Counted from the stretch's first letter, positions 40,652 through 54,070 are shown. The stretch is 64,000 nucleotides of DNA from Octopus sinensis (GCF_006345805.1 NC_042999.1:129580001-129644000); one strand, 5' to 3'. Notes: generated from the sequence alone by a model not told the origin. Numbers and translations are program-made.

Positions 40652-41506
40652 GCTTACAGAGATTAAACATATGCATCATCTGGATAAATGCTTCAAATGG
40701 CTGTTAAGACAGCAAAATAGACCATAAAGAGCTTTTGAAAGTCACTCTATATATTTGTTCAGTTAAAGAATATATTTTTTTTTAAATAAAGTTCCTATTA
40801 CATTCAGAACAAAATCAATACATTTTCAGTGGCTGGGGAATTATTAGATAACCATTTCTTTAGTTGTAAAACCTGAAATAGTTAAGATTTTAATAGCTTT
40901 TAAATCATACTTATTGACAACAATATCCAGGACACATATAGAGCTGGGTTCCTGGCTTGCCCAAACCATGTCAGCATGGAAAATGGATGCTTAATATCAA
41001 TAATAATAATAATAATGATAATGATAACAACAACAACAACAACAACAACGATGATGACACTGGAAGTACTTAAAACAGCTCAAAATTTCAATCTTTAAAG
41101 AATGATATTGGATATTACAAGTATGAAGGAAGGCATAAAGTGACAGAATCATTAGTGTGTTGGATAAAATGCTCAGTGGAATTTTGGGGGCTATTGAGAC
41201 CAACTTTGCTTTTCATCCTTTCAGAATCAATAAAATAAGTACTATTCAAGTACTGGGGATCTACATAATTGACTACCCTGACCACAAATTTCAGGCCTTG
41301 TGCCTATATTGGAATGAAATATCTTTTATTTTTTACTTGTTTCAGTCATTAGACTGCAGCCATGTAGGGTCACCACCTTCAAGAATCTGTAGTCAAATGA
41401 ATCAACCCTAGTACTTGATTTTTTTTTTAAAGTCTGGCACTTATTCTATCGGTATGTTTTGCCAAACAACTAAGTTACAGGGATGTAAACACACCAAAAC
41501 ATATTC

Positions 41507-41552
41507 TAGAGATGCCAGGGTTCAAACTCAGAGCCTTTTGCATGCAAAAGAC
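41507..41552 (-). pseudogene. 3' half fragment of a tRNA-Ala(TGC)-like sequence
   Basis: Plus strand tagagatgccagggttcaaactc..tgcatgcaaa resembles the reverse complement of a tRNA-Ala 3' half. Confidence 0.3.
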
Positions 41553-42713
41553 TATACTATGTGGAAGACTTCAAATAAGTTTATTTCCATGTAAACTGTA
41601 CTATGTAGAAAACTGCAAATAAATTTATTTCCATGCTAAGATTTGTGGCTCAAACCAACCAATGACAGCTTAAACTAGATTTATGATTTACTAGAGATCT
41701 TCTCGGTACTGGTTCCAGTATACAAAACATTCTACTTATTAAATTGCTGGAAGGCATAGGGTCTAGGGATTAGGATATTGCACTCACAGTCACAAAATCA
41801 TAGTTTTGATTCCTGGACTGGATAACGTATTGTGCTGTTGAGCAAAATGCTTCATTTTACATTGGCCCAGTCCACTCAGCTGTAAATGTGTGTAACCCTG
41901 CAATGGACTGACTTCACATTCAGGGGGAATACTATGATCTCAGTCATTTATGCACCATGGAAACTGGGTAACTGTCTCTATGAGTCCTAGAACAGTACTT
42001 ACTCATTAAGTTTTTTAAAAAATGTCATTAACCTTTAAAAGATTTGATTTCTTAAATAATAAATAAATAAAGAATGAATGATTGAAAGAAAGAAAGAACA
42101 TGTAGTTGTAAGTCATCTTAGATGAACACAAAATGATAATACTAAGCTTAATTACATACATTGAATTAATCCAAATCTGTTTTTACAAAGTGAACACAAA
42201 ATCAATATAAAAATAAAGAGCTCCCCCACTAAACACACAGTCTACACCTATTTATTTCAACATAGCAAATATCTGTCAGTAAAAAAAAAAATTAAGTAAT
42301 TCAATCTAATTTACAGAATGTCTTAAAGAATAATTTATTTCTTTACATACAAGTAACATTAGAACAACTATCAAAGTAGTACAGATTTTCTTATGTGTGT
42401 GTAAACATTCATATAATGTGTGAATATGGAAATAAATATTTTCATGTGTATGTGTGTGTGTAAATATATATGCATGTATATCTGTATATGTATGTATATC
42501 TGTATATGTATGTTTCGGTTTTGGATTTGGTTTGCAAGATTCTTTATATGAGTTCGTGTGTTGAAGCATATTCTGTTGTCATTCTCTTTTAGCGCCTTAT
42601 TATTTAACACACTTATTATTTAAATAATAAGGCACTAAAAAAGAATGACTCTCCCCAGACACAACAGAATATGTATGTATATCAGTATATGTATATGTAT
42701 AAATGTGTATATG

Positions 42714-43991
42714 GAAGAAGTGGTATCAAAAAAGTTCCCAGATTAGTTATGCTTAAAGTTTTAACCTCTTCTCCTTCAAAATAGTCACCTTACACAACAA
42801 TACACCAGTCCCAGTGTGGCTGCCACTTTTGGAATTCAGCCTGGAAGTTGTTTTCAATAAGAGAGTCAAGAATCTTCTGTGATTCACTTTGGATCTTGAC
42901 AACAGTGTTAAAACAGTGACCTTTGAGCTGCCTTTCCATCTTGGGGAAAAGATGGAAGTCCACTGATGGTAAACCTGGTGAATAGGGTGGGTGCGTAAGC
43001 AATACCATGTTGTTTTGGGGGAGAAACTCCATGAGTGAGGAGAGCTCAGTGACAGGGTGCATTGTCATCGTGAAGAATCCAATTCTTCATGTTCCACAGA
43101 TCTGGTTACTTTTGCCAAATGTCCCCTCTCAAACACTTCAAAATATTGCAGTAAAATTCTTGATTGGCAGTTTGGCCGGGGGACGGGACAGGGGTGACTT
43201 CTCAAAGCACAATACCACAGATTTCAAAAAAAGGCAATAAGCATGCTCTTGATTGAGCAGCAGCTCTATCATGCCCTCTTCGGTCATGGAGATGAAGGGC
43301 TCTTCCAGTGTGACAACTGCTGCTTCTTGTAGACCCAACTCTCGTCACCAGTGATGATCCTCAACATGAAGGATGGGTCATCAGTGGCATGCTGACATAG
43401 ATATTGACAAACATTGACACAATATTCTTTCTGCTCAGTGGTCAGCAGGTGGGCGACAAACTTGGCAGAAACATGCCACATGTTCACTTCAGATGTTAAG
43501 ATTGCCTGCATGGACTCATATGACAGATCAACATCAGCAATGTTGTTGATTGTCCTCTGACGATCCTCATGCACAAGCTGATGAATTTTCTCCACATTTC
43601 TAGGGTTGACACTCATGGCAGGTCTTCCAGATCACTCATCGACCTCCAGGGATGTTCTGCTTTTGAAGCAACTGTGCCACTAGAAGCATTGCATAAGACC
43701 CATTGCCTAGTCCCTGTAAGCTCAATGTCTCTAAAGCAGACTTCCCAAGTTTAATGCAAAATTTCAAGTGGCTCTTTGTTTCAAGTTCCTGTCCATGACA
43801 AAATCGCAGACTACAGCATACACATGATCACAGAAGAATAAATTCTACAACTTGCAAAATAAACATAGCTATGTCACTCGGCACACTGCCTCATGAAAGT
43901 CACTGCTAGCTCTCACTGCACATGCAACTGTGTGCTGCCATCTGTTGGTGTGCAACAGAATTACTCTGGGGACTTTTTGATACCACCTCTG
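42714..43991 (-). mobile_element. Tc1/mariner element, near full length but decayed; same family as 25337-26218
   Basis: TIRs gtggtatcaaaaaagttcccaga / tctggggactttttgataccac; ITGDESWVY and HPPYSPGLPSVDFHLFPKM. Confidence 0.9.
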
Positions 43992-44293
43992 TATATATGT
44001 ATGTGTGTGTGTGTGTATATATGTATGTGTATGTGTGTGTGTGTATATATATATATGTATGTATATGTGTATATGTATATATATGTATGTGTGTCTCTGT
44101 GTGTGTGTATATGCATATGTATACACACACACACACAGCTAGCTTTAGAACAAATTGTATATATGAATGCAAAAAAGGCAAGCAAACACAACAAAGAGAA
44201 ATTAAATAGATATGGAAAAGACATATACATACCTTAAATTTTTTTATATATACATACTTATTTGATATTTGTGTGTGTTACCAAACCAATCAG

Positions 44294-44331
<38 letters not shown>

Positions 44332-44372
44332 TATATGTGTGTGTATATGTATGTGTGTAAATGTATATATAT

Positions 44373-44434
<62 letters not shown>

Positions 44435-44590
44435 TGTATGTATGTATGTATGTATGTATGTATGTAGTATGTATGTATGTATGTATGAATGTATGTATGT
44501 ATCAGGAATTTTTGTGCAGGATGTGTGTTCTGCTTATATATATATATATATATACACATACATACATACATACATACATACATACATACA

Positions 44591-44624
<34 letters not shown>

Positions 44625-44666
44625 CATACATACATACATACATAAATACATACATACATACATACA

Positions 44667-44700
<34 letters not shown>

Positions 44701-44745
44701 CATAATTTTATCTTTTAACTATATATATATATATACACACACACA
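44294..44745. repeat. Compound microsatellite (TA)n-(TATG)n-spacer-(CATA)n
   Basis: Direct reading of the sequence; source of the MYVC/IHTY pseudo-ORFs. Confidence 0.95.
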
Positions 44746-45380
44746 AATGCCTATGTATGTTTGATTAGAGCATATATTTGTGCATATATATATTTGCATA
44801 TTTGTAAGCATCTTTTTGCATGACTATACATGTGAATGTTTGAAAATATTGATAATATATATAATAAAATGTATAAAACATTATGTATATATACATACCT
44901 GATACAACATTAATAAGTTGTAGAAAGCCAAAAATGTGCATAAGAAAGATGGTAAACACAATAATAACTTTTTATATAAAATAATACTTATGAGTAATAA
45001 TGAAAGATATAAAGAGACATGCAAAAATTGGAAAACGTGGATAAATGATATCTCTGAATTTTGACACTCAAACTTGTGATATAATAAATGTAGAACAAAT
45101 AGTGATATGACTAAGGATGGTTATAATGAAGTTGGTGATAATACCAGAAAGGAACTTCACATTCTGTTGCCTGATGTGGCTTATTAGGAGAATAATAAAA
45201 AGTTTAATAGTAACCCATTATAGTAGAAATATGTTGTTTGGTATTTAGCTTTGTTTTGAATTGATATTTTGAATGGGCCAAGAAAGAAGAAAGGTGATAT
45301 CAAATTTAGATCAAAAAATTTCCTTTGAGAAATAATTTATGTATTTTGTAAGAATTTTAATAAAGAAAAACATAAGCTGG

Positions 45381-45452
45381 TCCTCAAAAGTGTTGTGGTA
45401 AGTATCCCTGCCTGACATGCAGGAGACCAGGGTTCAATTCCCCATCAGGGAG
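45381..45452 (+). pseudogene. tRNA-Asp-derived pseudogene (anticodon now GAC)
   Basis: 72-nt colinear match to eukaryotic tRNA-Asp(GTC) TCCTCGTTAGTATAGTGG..CCCCGACGGGGAG, with CpG-type transitions; acceptor and T stems are disrupted. Confidence 0.75.
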
Positions 45453-45476
45453 ACTCATTATTCTTTCCCTTTTATA

Positions 45477-45848
45477 GGTGCATGTGTGGTTGTATGGTAA
45501 GAAGCTTGTTTCCCAATCACATGGTTCCAGGTTCCATCCCACTGTGTGGCACCTTGGGTAAGTGTTTTCTACTGTAGCCTTGAGCCAACCAAAGATTTGT
45601 GAGTGGATTTGGTAGACAGAAACTGAAAGAAGCCTGTTGTATATTCTCTTTTATATATATTCTACTTATTATACAACATTACTCTTTTATGTACACTCTT
45701 TTATGTACATTGCTTTATGTACACTGATTTGTTCTGCTTTTTATATTTAACCCTACAGTCTCTTATGTGGTGGTTTAATAAAGTATGTGATTGAGTATTA
45801 TCTGGTAATTGATATTTGATTTAGATGTATTTCTCCATTTTCTTATCT

Positions 45849-45891
<43 letters not shown>

Positions 45892-46105
45892 GTGTGTCTT
45901 TGTCTATATTTTTTCCCACTCCACCACTTGACAAATGGTGTTGGTGTGTTTACATTCCCATAAGTTAGTGGTTTGACAAACAAACCCCAACAGAATAAGT
46001 ACCAGGCATTAAAAAATAAGTACTGGTGTCGATTCATTCAACTAAAAATTCTTCAAGGTGGTACTTCAGCACGGCCACAGTCAAGTGACCTAAACAAATA
46101 TAAGA
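45477..46105 (+). mobile_element. SINE family A interrupted by the 45640-45852 repeat
   Basis: Head 45477-45638; body resumes after (TA)n at about 45890. Confidence 0.8.
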
Positions 46106-46488
46106 TAGATAAGCATTCATGTTTCACTAAATAGCTTCTGTCCAGCCTGTTCACTCTTTGTTCCTCTCAATAAATTCCATCTTTGATTAAAAGGAACTAC
46201 TTCATTACATTTATTTTTCCATAATTTTCTTAATATCAGTACTTTTCCTTTTCATTTCCTTTCTATCATATGGCTTTATGTCACCTGAGATTTATATTTT
46301 CAATTAAAAATTGGCTTTTTCTGCTGCCTGGGTGTTTCTCTCTCAACAACCACAAGCAGAGATAGGCGTTAAAATCAGTGCAAGCTTTTCAAATACTTGT
46401 AGCCTAATGGTTACAATAAATTATTTTATAGACTATACTAATATAATGGAAACTAAGCAGAGATAATAATTTTGAGTAATGCTATTAA

Positions 46489-46596
46489 CCTTTAGCACAC
46501 TGTGGGGGCATCATGTCATTGTATGAGTTTTCTCTCTTGTAGTAACAGGGCAGTGACAGGGGAAACAATTCTAGAGAAAATGCAGTGTGCTAAAGG
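46489..46596. mobile_element. Short TTAA MITE (108 bp)
   Basis: TTAA TSD; perfect 14-bp TIR CCTTTAGCACACTG / CAGTGTGCTAAAGG. Confidence 0.75.
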
Positions 46597-47799
46597 TTAA
46601 TATAAATATTATTTTCTTATACTCGTTGTATACTATATATAAACTTCGTGCATTTAAAATAAGACCCAACTGTTGTTCACTTTAGATATTTTGATATTAT
46701 TGCTGCACTCTGAAATTTTAATATAAATTACAAACCATATCATTAATATAAATGTAAATATTAATACTGAAAATAGTATATATCTTATATATACAAAGTA
46801 AAGTTATCTTTCTTTTTTCATCATTAGGATTATTTATAAAGTAATCGTGTATGTGAAGTTGCTTTCAAAATTTATGAAACAAAAAAAGATGCAGAAATTC
46901 AGTGTGCTTATATAAAATATTGTTGATACAGACTACTATTTCTCTTTTGACATTTTGACGTCCTTAATAAATTTGGGCTTCCGTCCAAAGATACAGCCTG
47001 AGCCACATTTGGGCTGAGGTCCTAATAGTAGATAGACAAACACATCGTATTCAAAAAAATTATTAAAATAAAACAAGAATAATCAGAATAATTATAGAAA
47101 TTACAAAAAATGTTGCATCTTTTGGTTTGTTGCTAATACTTGCTCTCATTTAACTGTGACAGTTTTCTTATATTTCCAAGAAACATTAGCTTATTTAAAC
47201 AAGGAATAACCAGAGAGAGAAAAAAATGTAATTTAGTTTGTGAATGTGATGTTTTAATCCTTTGCTCATTAAATTCAATTAACCGTTTTGTAGCAGACAA
47301 ACTGAAACTGCTTCTTTGTAACTGATCAAAATAAATGTTGAACTGATTATTTCTAAGTTTGAAAATTTCCTTAAAATCTTTTGATAATGGGCAATGCTAG
47401 AGCAAGAGGAAGATGAACTGAGCAAAATGAAATTCCAGTTTGTAAAGTATATGAAACCAAGAACTGGACAAGTTGAAATTTAAATCAAATTTCTATTTCA
47501 AATTCAGACCTTGCATATAGCAGATTATCTTGCAGGAATTCTCAGTTATACTCCACATTGTTCAAAGTCTCTATTTTCTGCGTAATATAAACCTTCTAAA
47601 CAATTGAGTGACAATTAAGCTAGGAGTAATCAAGAATGCAAACCTTCATCCAGAATAAACATTTTATTCTTTACTGTTGCATCCTCTGTGTTGTTGTTTT
47701 ACCTCGGTATAAATATGTGAATTTATGCATCTTATATTTGAAAGCTTGCATCACAAAGAAACCTTAATGCATTGCACAGCTTTATGTATTGCAAACCTT

Positions 47800-48420
47800 T
47801 ATACATTACAATCTCTCCAGTCTTCCAAACTACAGCTAATCATTCTGGTCCCTTGCTAGAAGGCTTTCTACCAGCTATACAAAATCATTCTACCTGCCTT
47901 ACTTTAACTATGAAGGCACCATTAGCAGTATTCCCATAAAGAAAACCTCCATAGTCATTATCTTCTATGCATCAAGCCTCACACTGCATACAGGAGGCAA
48001 AACCTGACACTGCATACAAGAGGCAAAACCCTCTTCACCAATTCACCAGTTTCATTAATATGTAATGAAACACATATAAAAGCATTCCCAGGCACTTCAA
48101 CCTCAGAAAGCCACTAACCTTGATAGTATTCCTTCCATTATCCTCAAATGATACTAAATAAAACTGCTTTCTCTGCCAAACTAATCAATTGCTTTTACTC
48201 AACATATTATAATGTGCTCTCTTTCTAAAAAGAGTAAGCTATCTGATTCTGCCAAATATTGATCTATTACTTTCACTTCCAACTTTTCAAAGGTGATAGA
48301 GGTAATCATCAACAACCGTGTCTGACAACCTGATTCCTTCTGCCTCCTCCATGACCACCAGTAAGGCTTCTATGAAACTTTATCAACTGGAGATCTTCTC
48401 TCGTATGTTATTCATAGAAA
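47800..48420 (+). mobile_element. Old LINE (CR1/L2-group) RT remnant
   Basis: ITFTSNFSKVIEVIINNRV..LLHDHQ*GF...STGDLLSYV. Confidence 0.6.
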
Positions 48421-50724
48421 CAATGGCATTGCTAAGTTTATCCTTCCTAAGTTTAGCCATAAAATACTTCAGTTCCCAACAGTATTTAACTTTCTAGAAA
48501 GATCAAAAGCGTCAACAATAAACTTCAACTTCTAACTTACAGACATGTTCATGTCTGCCTAGTGTGACAAGGAATTCAGAAATTCCCTCAGGTGTTTTTA
48601 TAAGCACAAATCTCTGCTTAAATCAGTCTGCAGCCCTAAATTCCCCAGCAAAAGCTTCTGACAAGTGAATGTCCTTACATGTAGTATTTAAATCTTGTCA
48701 GCACTTGTCAGCCCCACCAGAAGTTTGAGCTCCTTGTTTCCAAGCATTTTGGAGAGTTTGCTTCTTTTGGTGGTATATATAATCTATTACCTGGTCTAAT
48801 ACTACCACCTGTGGCCCTTAGATTCCTTTTATGGAGTCTGTGATGTAGATAACTCATGAGTTATGCCCTCTGAATAGCTATGGGAAGGTTACGAGTACTA
48901 CCATTCTGCCTCTTGATAAGGCATATTTTTTTTTAATGTCTTCCAGTGGGATGTTATAAGCTGTGTTGAGTTTCTGTTTCAGATTCTCGCATTCTCCTAG
49001 AGAATTATCTCGAGGGTAGTCATGTCTGTGGCATGCTTACCCCCTTGTATGTTAATTTCATGAGCAGGCTGTGCTGTTGATGAAATCAACTGGAACCCTT
49101 GTCATCATAACTGATGGAGTGTCAGTTTAGTTATTACTAAACAAGAAGAATATATGCACTCTCCAACGAAACAAAAAAAAGTTCCTGCCCCTTCATTTCA
49201 ATTCCTGTACATAGAGCATATAAATTGCACTAAATCATTTCTGCACAACACATTGCCATACATCACCTGCCAAAGCTTTCCCATGTGGTCCATGAAACAT
49301 TTTAAATTAATACTTATTCATAACAACACTAAGAGATAACCAGTTTAAAATGAGGAAAACCAGAAAAGGCTTAAACCAACTCAAAAGTAAAATTCTCATT
49401 TTATTTTCTCTTCATAGTTTATAAGAGAATGTAATAACAATATGTAGAATTTAATTTATTTTATTTGATAATCAAGAGTAATTTACACCCTTCTTTAAAG
49501 CAATAAGGCCTCCATTATTTTCCAGATTGAGTAAGCCTGTTCTGTATTTAACATTTCTATCACCTTTGCTGCTGTAATCTTTATAGTATCTCCATTAAAA
49601 CTAATTACTACCAACTAATGAATAATTAATCTTAACCAGTGTACAGCAGCAACAACAACAGCAACAACAAAATTACTTAATCCAAACTAGCAAGTATAAT
49701 AAGGTAGTGTTAACATTTCATGCATGAAACATAAAAAGCTAATAACTAACCAGAAATAAATATATAATGAGAAGATAAAGATATTAGTCAATAAGTAATA
49801 TTTTCCTTATTACATCAAAGTTAGTGGACAGAAAGAATCATTAAAGTGTTGGGAAAATGCCTGGCTGTATTACTTTACATTCCAAGTGCAGATCTCTCTG
49901 AGGTCAATTTCATCTTTCAGCCCTTCAGGTTTAACAAAATAAAGCACAAATCAAGTACTGGGGTTGAGGTATCAACTAACACCCTCACCTCAAAATTGTT
50001 GGATTCAAACCAAGTGAAATCATAGTTGCGGCCAGTGCCAGTGACTGTGCTGGTGACATGTAAAAGATGCCTATGCCAGTGACTGGTAAGAGGCACCCAT
50101 GCTGATGACACATAAATGGCACCTGTACCTGTGACACGTAAAAGGCACCCACACCAGTGACACTTACAAGACACCCACTACATTCTTGGAGTGGTTGGCA
50201 TTAGGAAGAGCATCTAGTTGTAGAAACTAAGCCAAATCAGACTGGTGCCTGGTACAGCTCTCTAGCTTACCAGTTCCAGTCAAACCATCTAATCCATACC
50301 AGCATGGAAAACAGATGCTAAACTATGATGATGCCTAAATTAGAAACAATTATTAGGCCAAATATAGAAAAAAGACAGGTTTTGATATTATTTTAACTTC
50401 CTAAGTAAAGTGTAGCCTTCCTGTACTTACAATCAGTGTGAGACTTAATTCATGGCCCAGTTTAACACCACCAACTGACTTTTGAGGTACCTTTAGCAGA
50501 TAAGCATTTGGACCAGATTTCTAGTTTGTGAATAACCCACAAGTTGCAACTTATTTCTTCTTTGTCTCTGACTAGTCTCATAAGTCCTGCAATAAGAATA
50601 TGCATGCTGCTCCTCTTCTTCTTATTAAGTCATAAATTAAGTTTAAAAAAAAATACAGCATTTAATAATTAATTTTGATCCAAAGTAGTTGAAATAAAGT
50701 AAGGAAACATAGATAAATACTGAC

Positions 50725-50843
50725 CAATGGCTAATTTGACACTGTTGAAATCTTCCATCTTTTCTGAGGGTATAATATTTAAAGGATGATCCATATGCAG
50801 TGGTTTTTTCTCAGGTATTTTTTCACGATTAACTAATTTCCGA
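50725..50843 (-). CDS. CFAP276: CFAP276/C1orf194 coding exon 3 (SRKLVNREKIPEKKPLHMDHPLNIIPSEKMEDFNSVKLAIE)
   Basis: Acceptor atccag|, donor G|GTCAGT; 119 nt, phase 2 to 1, open frame that exactly bridges exons 2 and 4. Confidence 0.85.
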
Positions 50844-51159
50844 CTGGATATTAATTAAAAACGATTGGTATTATAAGACTAATGTACATTTCATTATATA
50901 ATTGCACAATTCATTATATCTAAAGATCATGACAAATTTTTTATGGAAAAGACAGGTAAAAATTACTTAATTGGTAATAGTGATGTTAACAGTTTAACTG
51001 TTCATGCAGTTTAGGTTACTTTTTCTAATGAGTTGTAGTGCACCTGAGCACTGTATACAATAAGTTCATTACATATTATATTATTATATAAATAGATTCA
51101 TAATGGCAATAGAGTTAGTAGTAGTAATAGATTTTTGATAAATGTTTACTTAAAATGAG

Positions 51160-51505
51160 ACTTGAAAAGAAACTTGACAGTGCATACACAAGGATGCTTT
51201 GTACAGTTCTCACTCTTTCTTAACAACAACTGACAAAGCAGTGACTGTATAGTAGTTTTCCTACTATCAACTTGATAATCAGAGAACATGTTATGCAGGA
51301 AACTACTGGAGAAGCAAGGATGTAGTGTTCAGTGATCTCTTTCCCTGGAAACCCATGCATGGACATACAGGTAACAGCAGACCAAGAAGTGCATATATCG
51401 ATCAACTTGTGGAAGACACTGGATATCAGGTTGAGTATATGAAGACTGACATGAAAGATCAAAACATCTGGTGAAGAAGAGTAGCATTGGTTTGGGCAAG
51501 TCACT
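51160..51505 (+). mobile_element. RTE-X-like LINE 3' remnant
   Basis: LEKKLDSAYTRML and YAGNYWR-like motifs. Confidence 0.55.
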
Positions 51506-51770
51506 CAACTGAATAGATACATATCATCTATCTACATCACATGTCCACACCAGAGAAGTTATTTATCTACATTGGCTGATATTTTAATTCTGGGCCATTC
51601 TCTAAACTCATTTGCACTTAGCCTTTCATGTAAGTTAATATTACACATCCAACAGATTATATTCATCTTATGTTTAAGATTTATTGCAGAACAAACCCTA
51701 AATATAATCAGGGCATATTAGAGATAGATAAGAGCTCAAAAAATATGTGTTTATATGGGTACAATGGATA

Positions 51771-52203
51771 TGTAGTGATACCATCATGGAAATCTTCAGC
51801 ACGCATGCACAGAGTTGGATTCTTCCGGGAGGCCTGCCGGAAGCTCCCTCATGCGCATGTGCAGAAAACTAGCAGCAGCAAAATTTCCCTCGTATCGTCC
51901 TCTCAAATGCTGGCAGCCGAACAGGACAGTCGTGTTTTAGCAGCTCTCTCAAGCTGCTACCTCACGGTGTTTCTCCACTATGCTTGAACAGACAGGATTT
52001 GGTTCACTCCACTTGACTACTGCGACGAGCTCCTAGGCTGCCCATTCGCCCTGGAAGAAGAATGTATATATTGCAAATCCAGAAATAAAATATTTATGCT
52101 GTTGAAGTTAATCGGAAGTCTTGACTCTTTCCTTCGATTAATATTTTAATGTAAAGGATGTGAGCTGCACCCATCCAGTGCGGGGACCTCTCATCTTGTT
52201 ACA
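51771..52203 (+). mobile_element. Solo LTR (433 bp)
   Basis: TGTA...TACA termini, 4-bp TSD GATA, AATAAA near 52084, CpG retained. Confidence 0.8.
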
Positions 52204-53070
52204 GATACAAAGTGATGCAGTAAAATCTTAATTACATCAAGAGAGAAGCAGGATGTCAGATACACTACATGTAAAATAAAAAAAAGAAAGTGGGCACTTG
52301 TAAAACGAGGCTCATAAACTATGATTAATTGTTTTGTTTACCTAGGTCATATAATTAATAGGGAGGTAGTTGTAGTAATATAATAGCTACAAGTATATAA
52401 AAATGATTAAAGTTATTGTCAACTAGGTTGACTTAATCTGTCATCTGATTCAACACCACCTCCTGGCTGAGTGCTTTAGCAGGCTCTGGCTCTACTGCAA
52501 GTATTCAGGCCAGGTCCCTGGCTTGAGGGGAACTCTATCCCTTCCTTCCTCTGTCCAATTTTGGGAGGCCCTGTGATTGAAAGATGGAAGAAAAGAAATA
52601 TTGTTTCCCTCTGCTTACAAAAGAAGCAAACAGTGTGAAGCAATTGATGCTGCATAGATACTGAATGTGGAATATCTGCATAAACCAGAAAGAAATGAGA
52701 AAAGCGTGATCTGTTGGTTGTGTGAGGTTAATCTTCATGAGAAGCAAAGCCCAAGTGAGTTGAAAACAACAGTCAGTATAGACATACAACTTTGCTACTA
52801 TGGATATGTGATATGAATAGGCACAAATATTAAGATTCGGAGTTTGACATATAACTGTACAAAAGATCAAGATAAATGGTGATATTCTTTCCAGCAGACC
52901 CATCCAACTCACATGACACTGATTAGTGGGGTAGCATTCATCACTATGAAATACAACTTCACAAAATTAAAAAAATATACAAAAATATATCTATATGCAA
53001 TATAAAAAGATTCATAGAATTACTGTTCACAACACAATTATTCACACATATGAGTACATATATATATTAT

Positions 53071-53373
53071 ATATATTATCCAAAATGTATAGTATTAAAT
53101 ATCCATCATGGATGATCTTACTAATCAGTTTCACGTAAAGAATGCAAGGGAATGTTGGTAACAGTTTGATTATATAACTTTACACTTATCAGAGTTAGCC
53201 AAAATGGAAGGGAATATGACATGCCATATTCCCTTCCATATTGGTTAACTCTGATGAGTGTAAAGTTATATAATCAGACTGTTACCTAACATTCCATTGT
53301 ATTCTTTACGCAAAACTGATTTCTAAGATCAGCCATGATGGATATTTAATACTATTCATTTCAAATAATATAT
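53071..53373. repeat. Spacerless palindrome, about 150-bp arms
   Basis: Centre at 53221/53222; arms about 90% identical by manual alignment. Confidence 0.92.
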
Positions 53374-53474
53374 CCCCTTTACTGACATATGTACAAGTGC
53401 ATCTTTACCCTGACTTATGGTCTCTTAGATGACTCTCTCTCTCTCTCTCTACATATATATATATATATATATAC

Positions 53475-54065
53475 AAATTGAGATAGGGGTTGTAAATGCA
53501 ACCCTCCATGGGATAACATATATCCAATATACTGCTAGTGAAGTACCCAACAAAGTTAATACATAAATGTTAATGATTGCAATGTAATCAATTCATTTAC
53601 TGTATTATATGGGCAAAGGTAAAATGATTTACCACAAATTACTAATACAAGATAAGAAAATGAAGAAATACATCTGAATCAAATATCAATTACCAGATAA
53701 TACTCAATCACATACTTTATTAAACCACCACGTAAGAGACTGTAGGGTTAGATATAAAAAGCAGAACAAATCAGTGTACATAAAGGAATGTACATAAAAA
53801 AGTGTACATTAAAAAAAAAGTAATGTTGTATAATAAGTATTTATATTTACTTATATTTATATTCTCTTTTATATATATTCTACTTATTATACAACATTAC
53901 TTTTTTTAATTTTTTTTTTATGTACATTCCTTTATGTACACTGATTTGTTCTGCTTTTTATATCTAACCCTACAGTCTCTTATGTGGTGGTTTAATAAAG
54001 TATGTGTTTGAGTATTATCTGCTAATTGATATTTGATTTAGATGTATTTCTCCATTTTCTTATCT

Positions 54066-54070
<5 letters not shown>
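53475..54070. mobile_element. TA-flanked repeat (probably a Penelope-like end) with an inverted duplication (53645-53839 / 53881-54070)
   Basis: Near-identical inverted arms; a third copy at 45640-45852; (TA)n on both flanks. Confidence 0.6.

Noticed and set aside
41552-41637. Two-copy local duplications (about 43 bp here; 27 bp at 22582-22632)
   Set aside because: Ordinary slippage duplications without further structure
43869-44959. Cluster of long overlapping ORFs (MYVC/IHTY repeats)
   Set aside because: Translations of TA/TATG/CATA microsatellites that happen to lack stop codons
50430-50586. Exon-like segment (ttattgcag| ... |gtaagt) in CFAP276 intron 3
   Set aside because: Stops in all frames; not needed for the CFAP276 model
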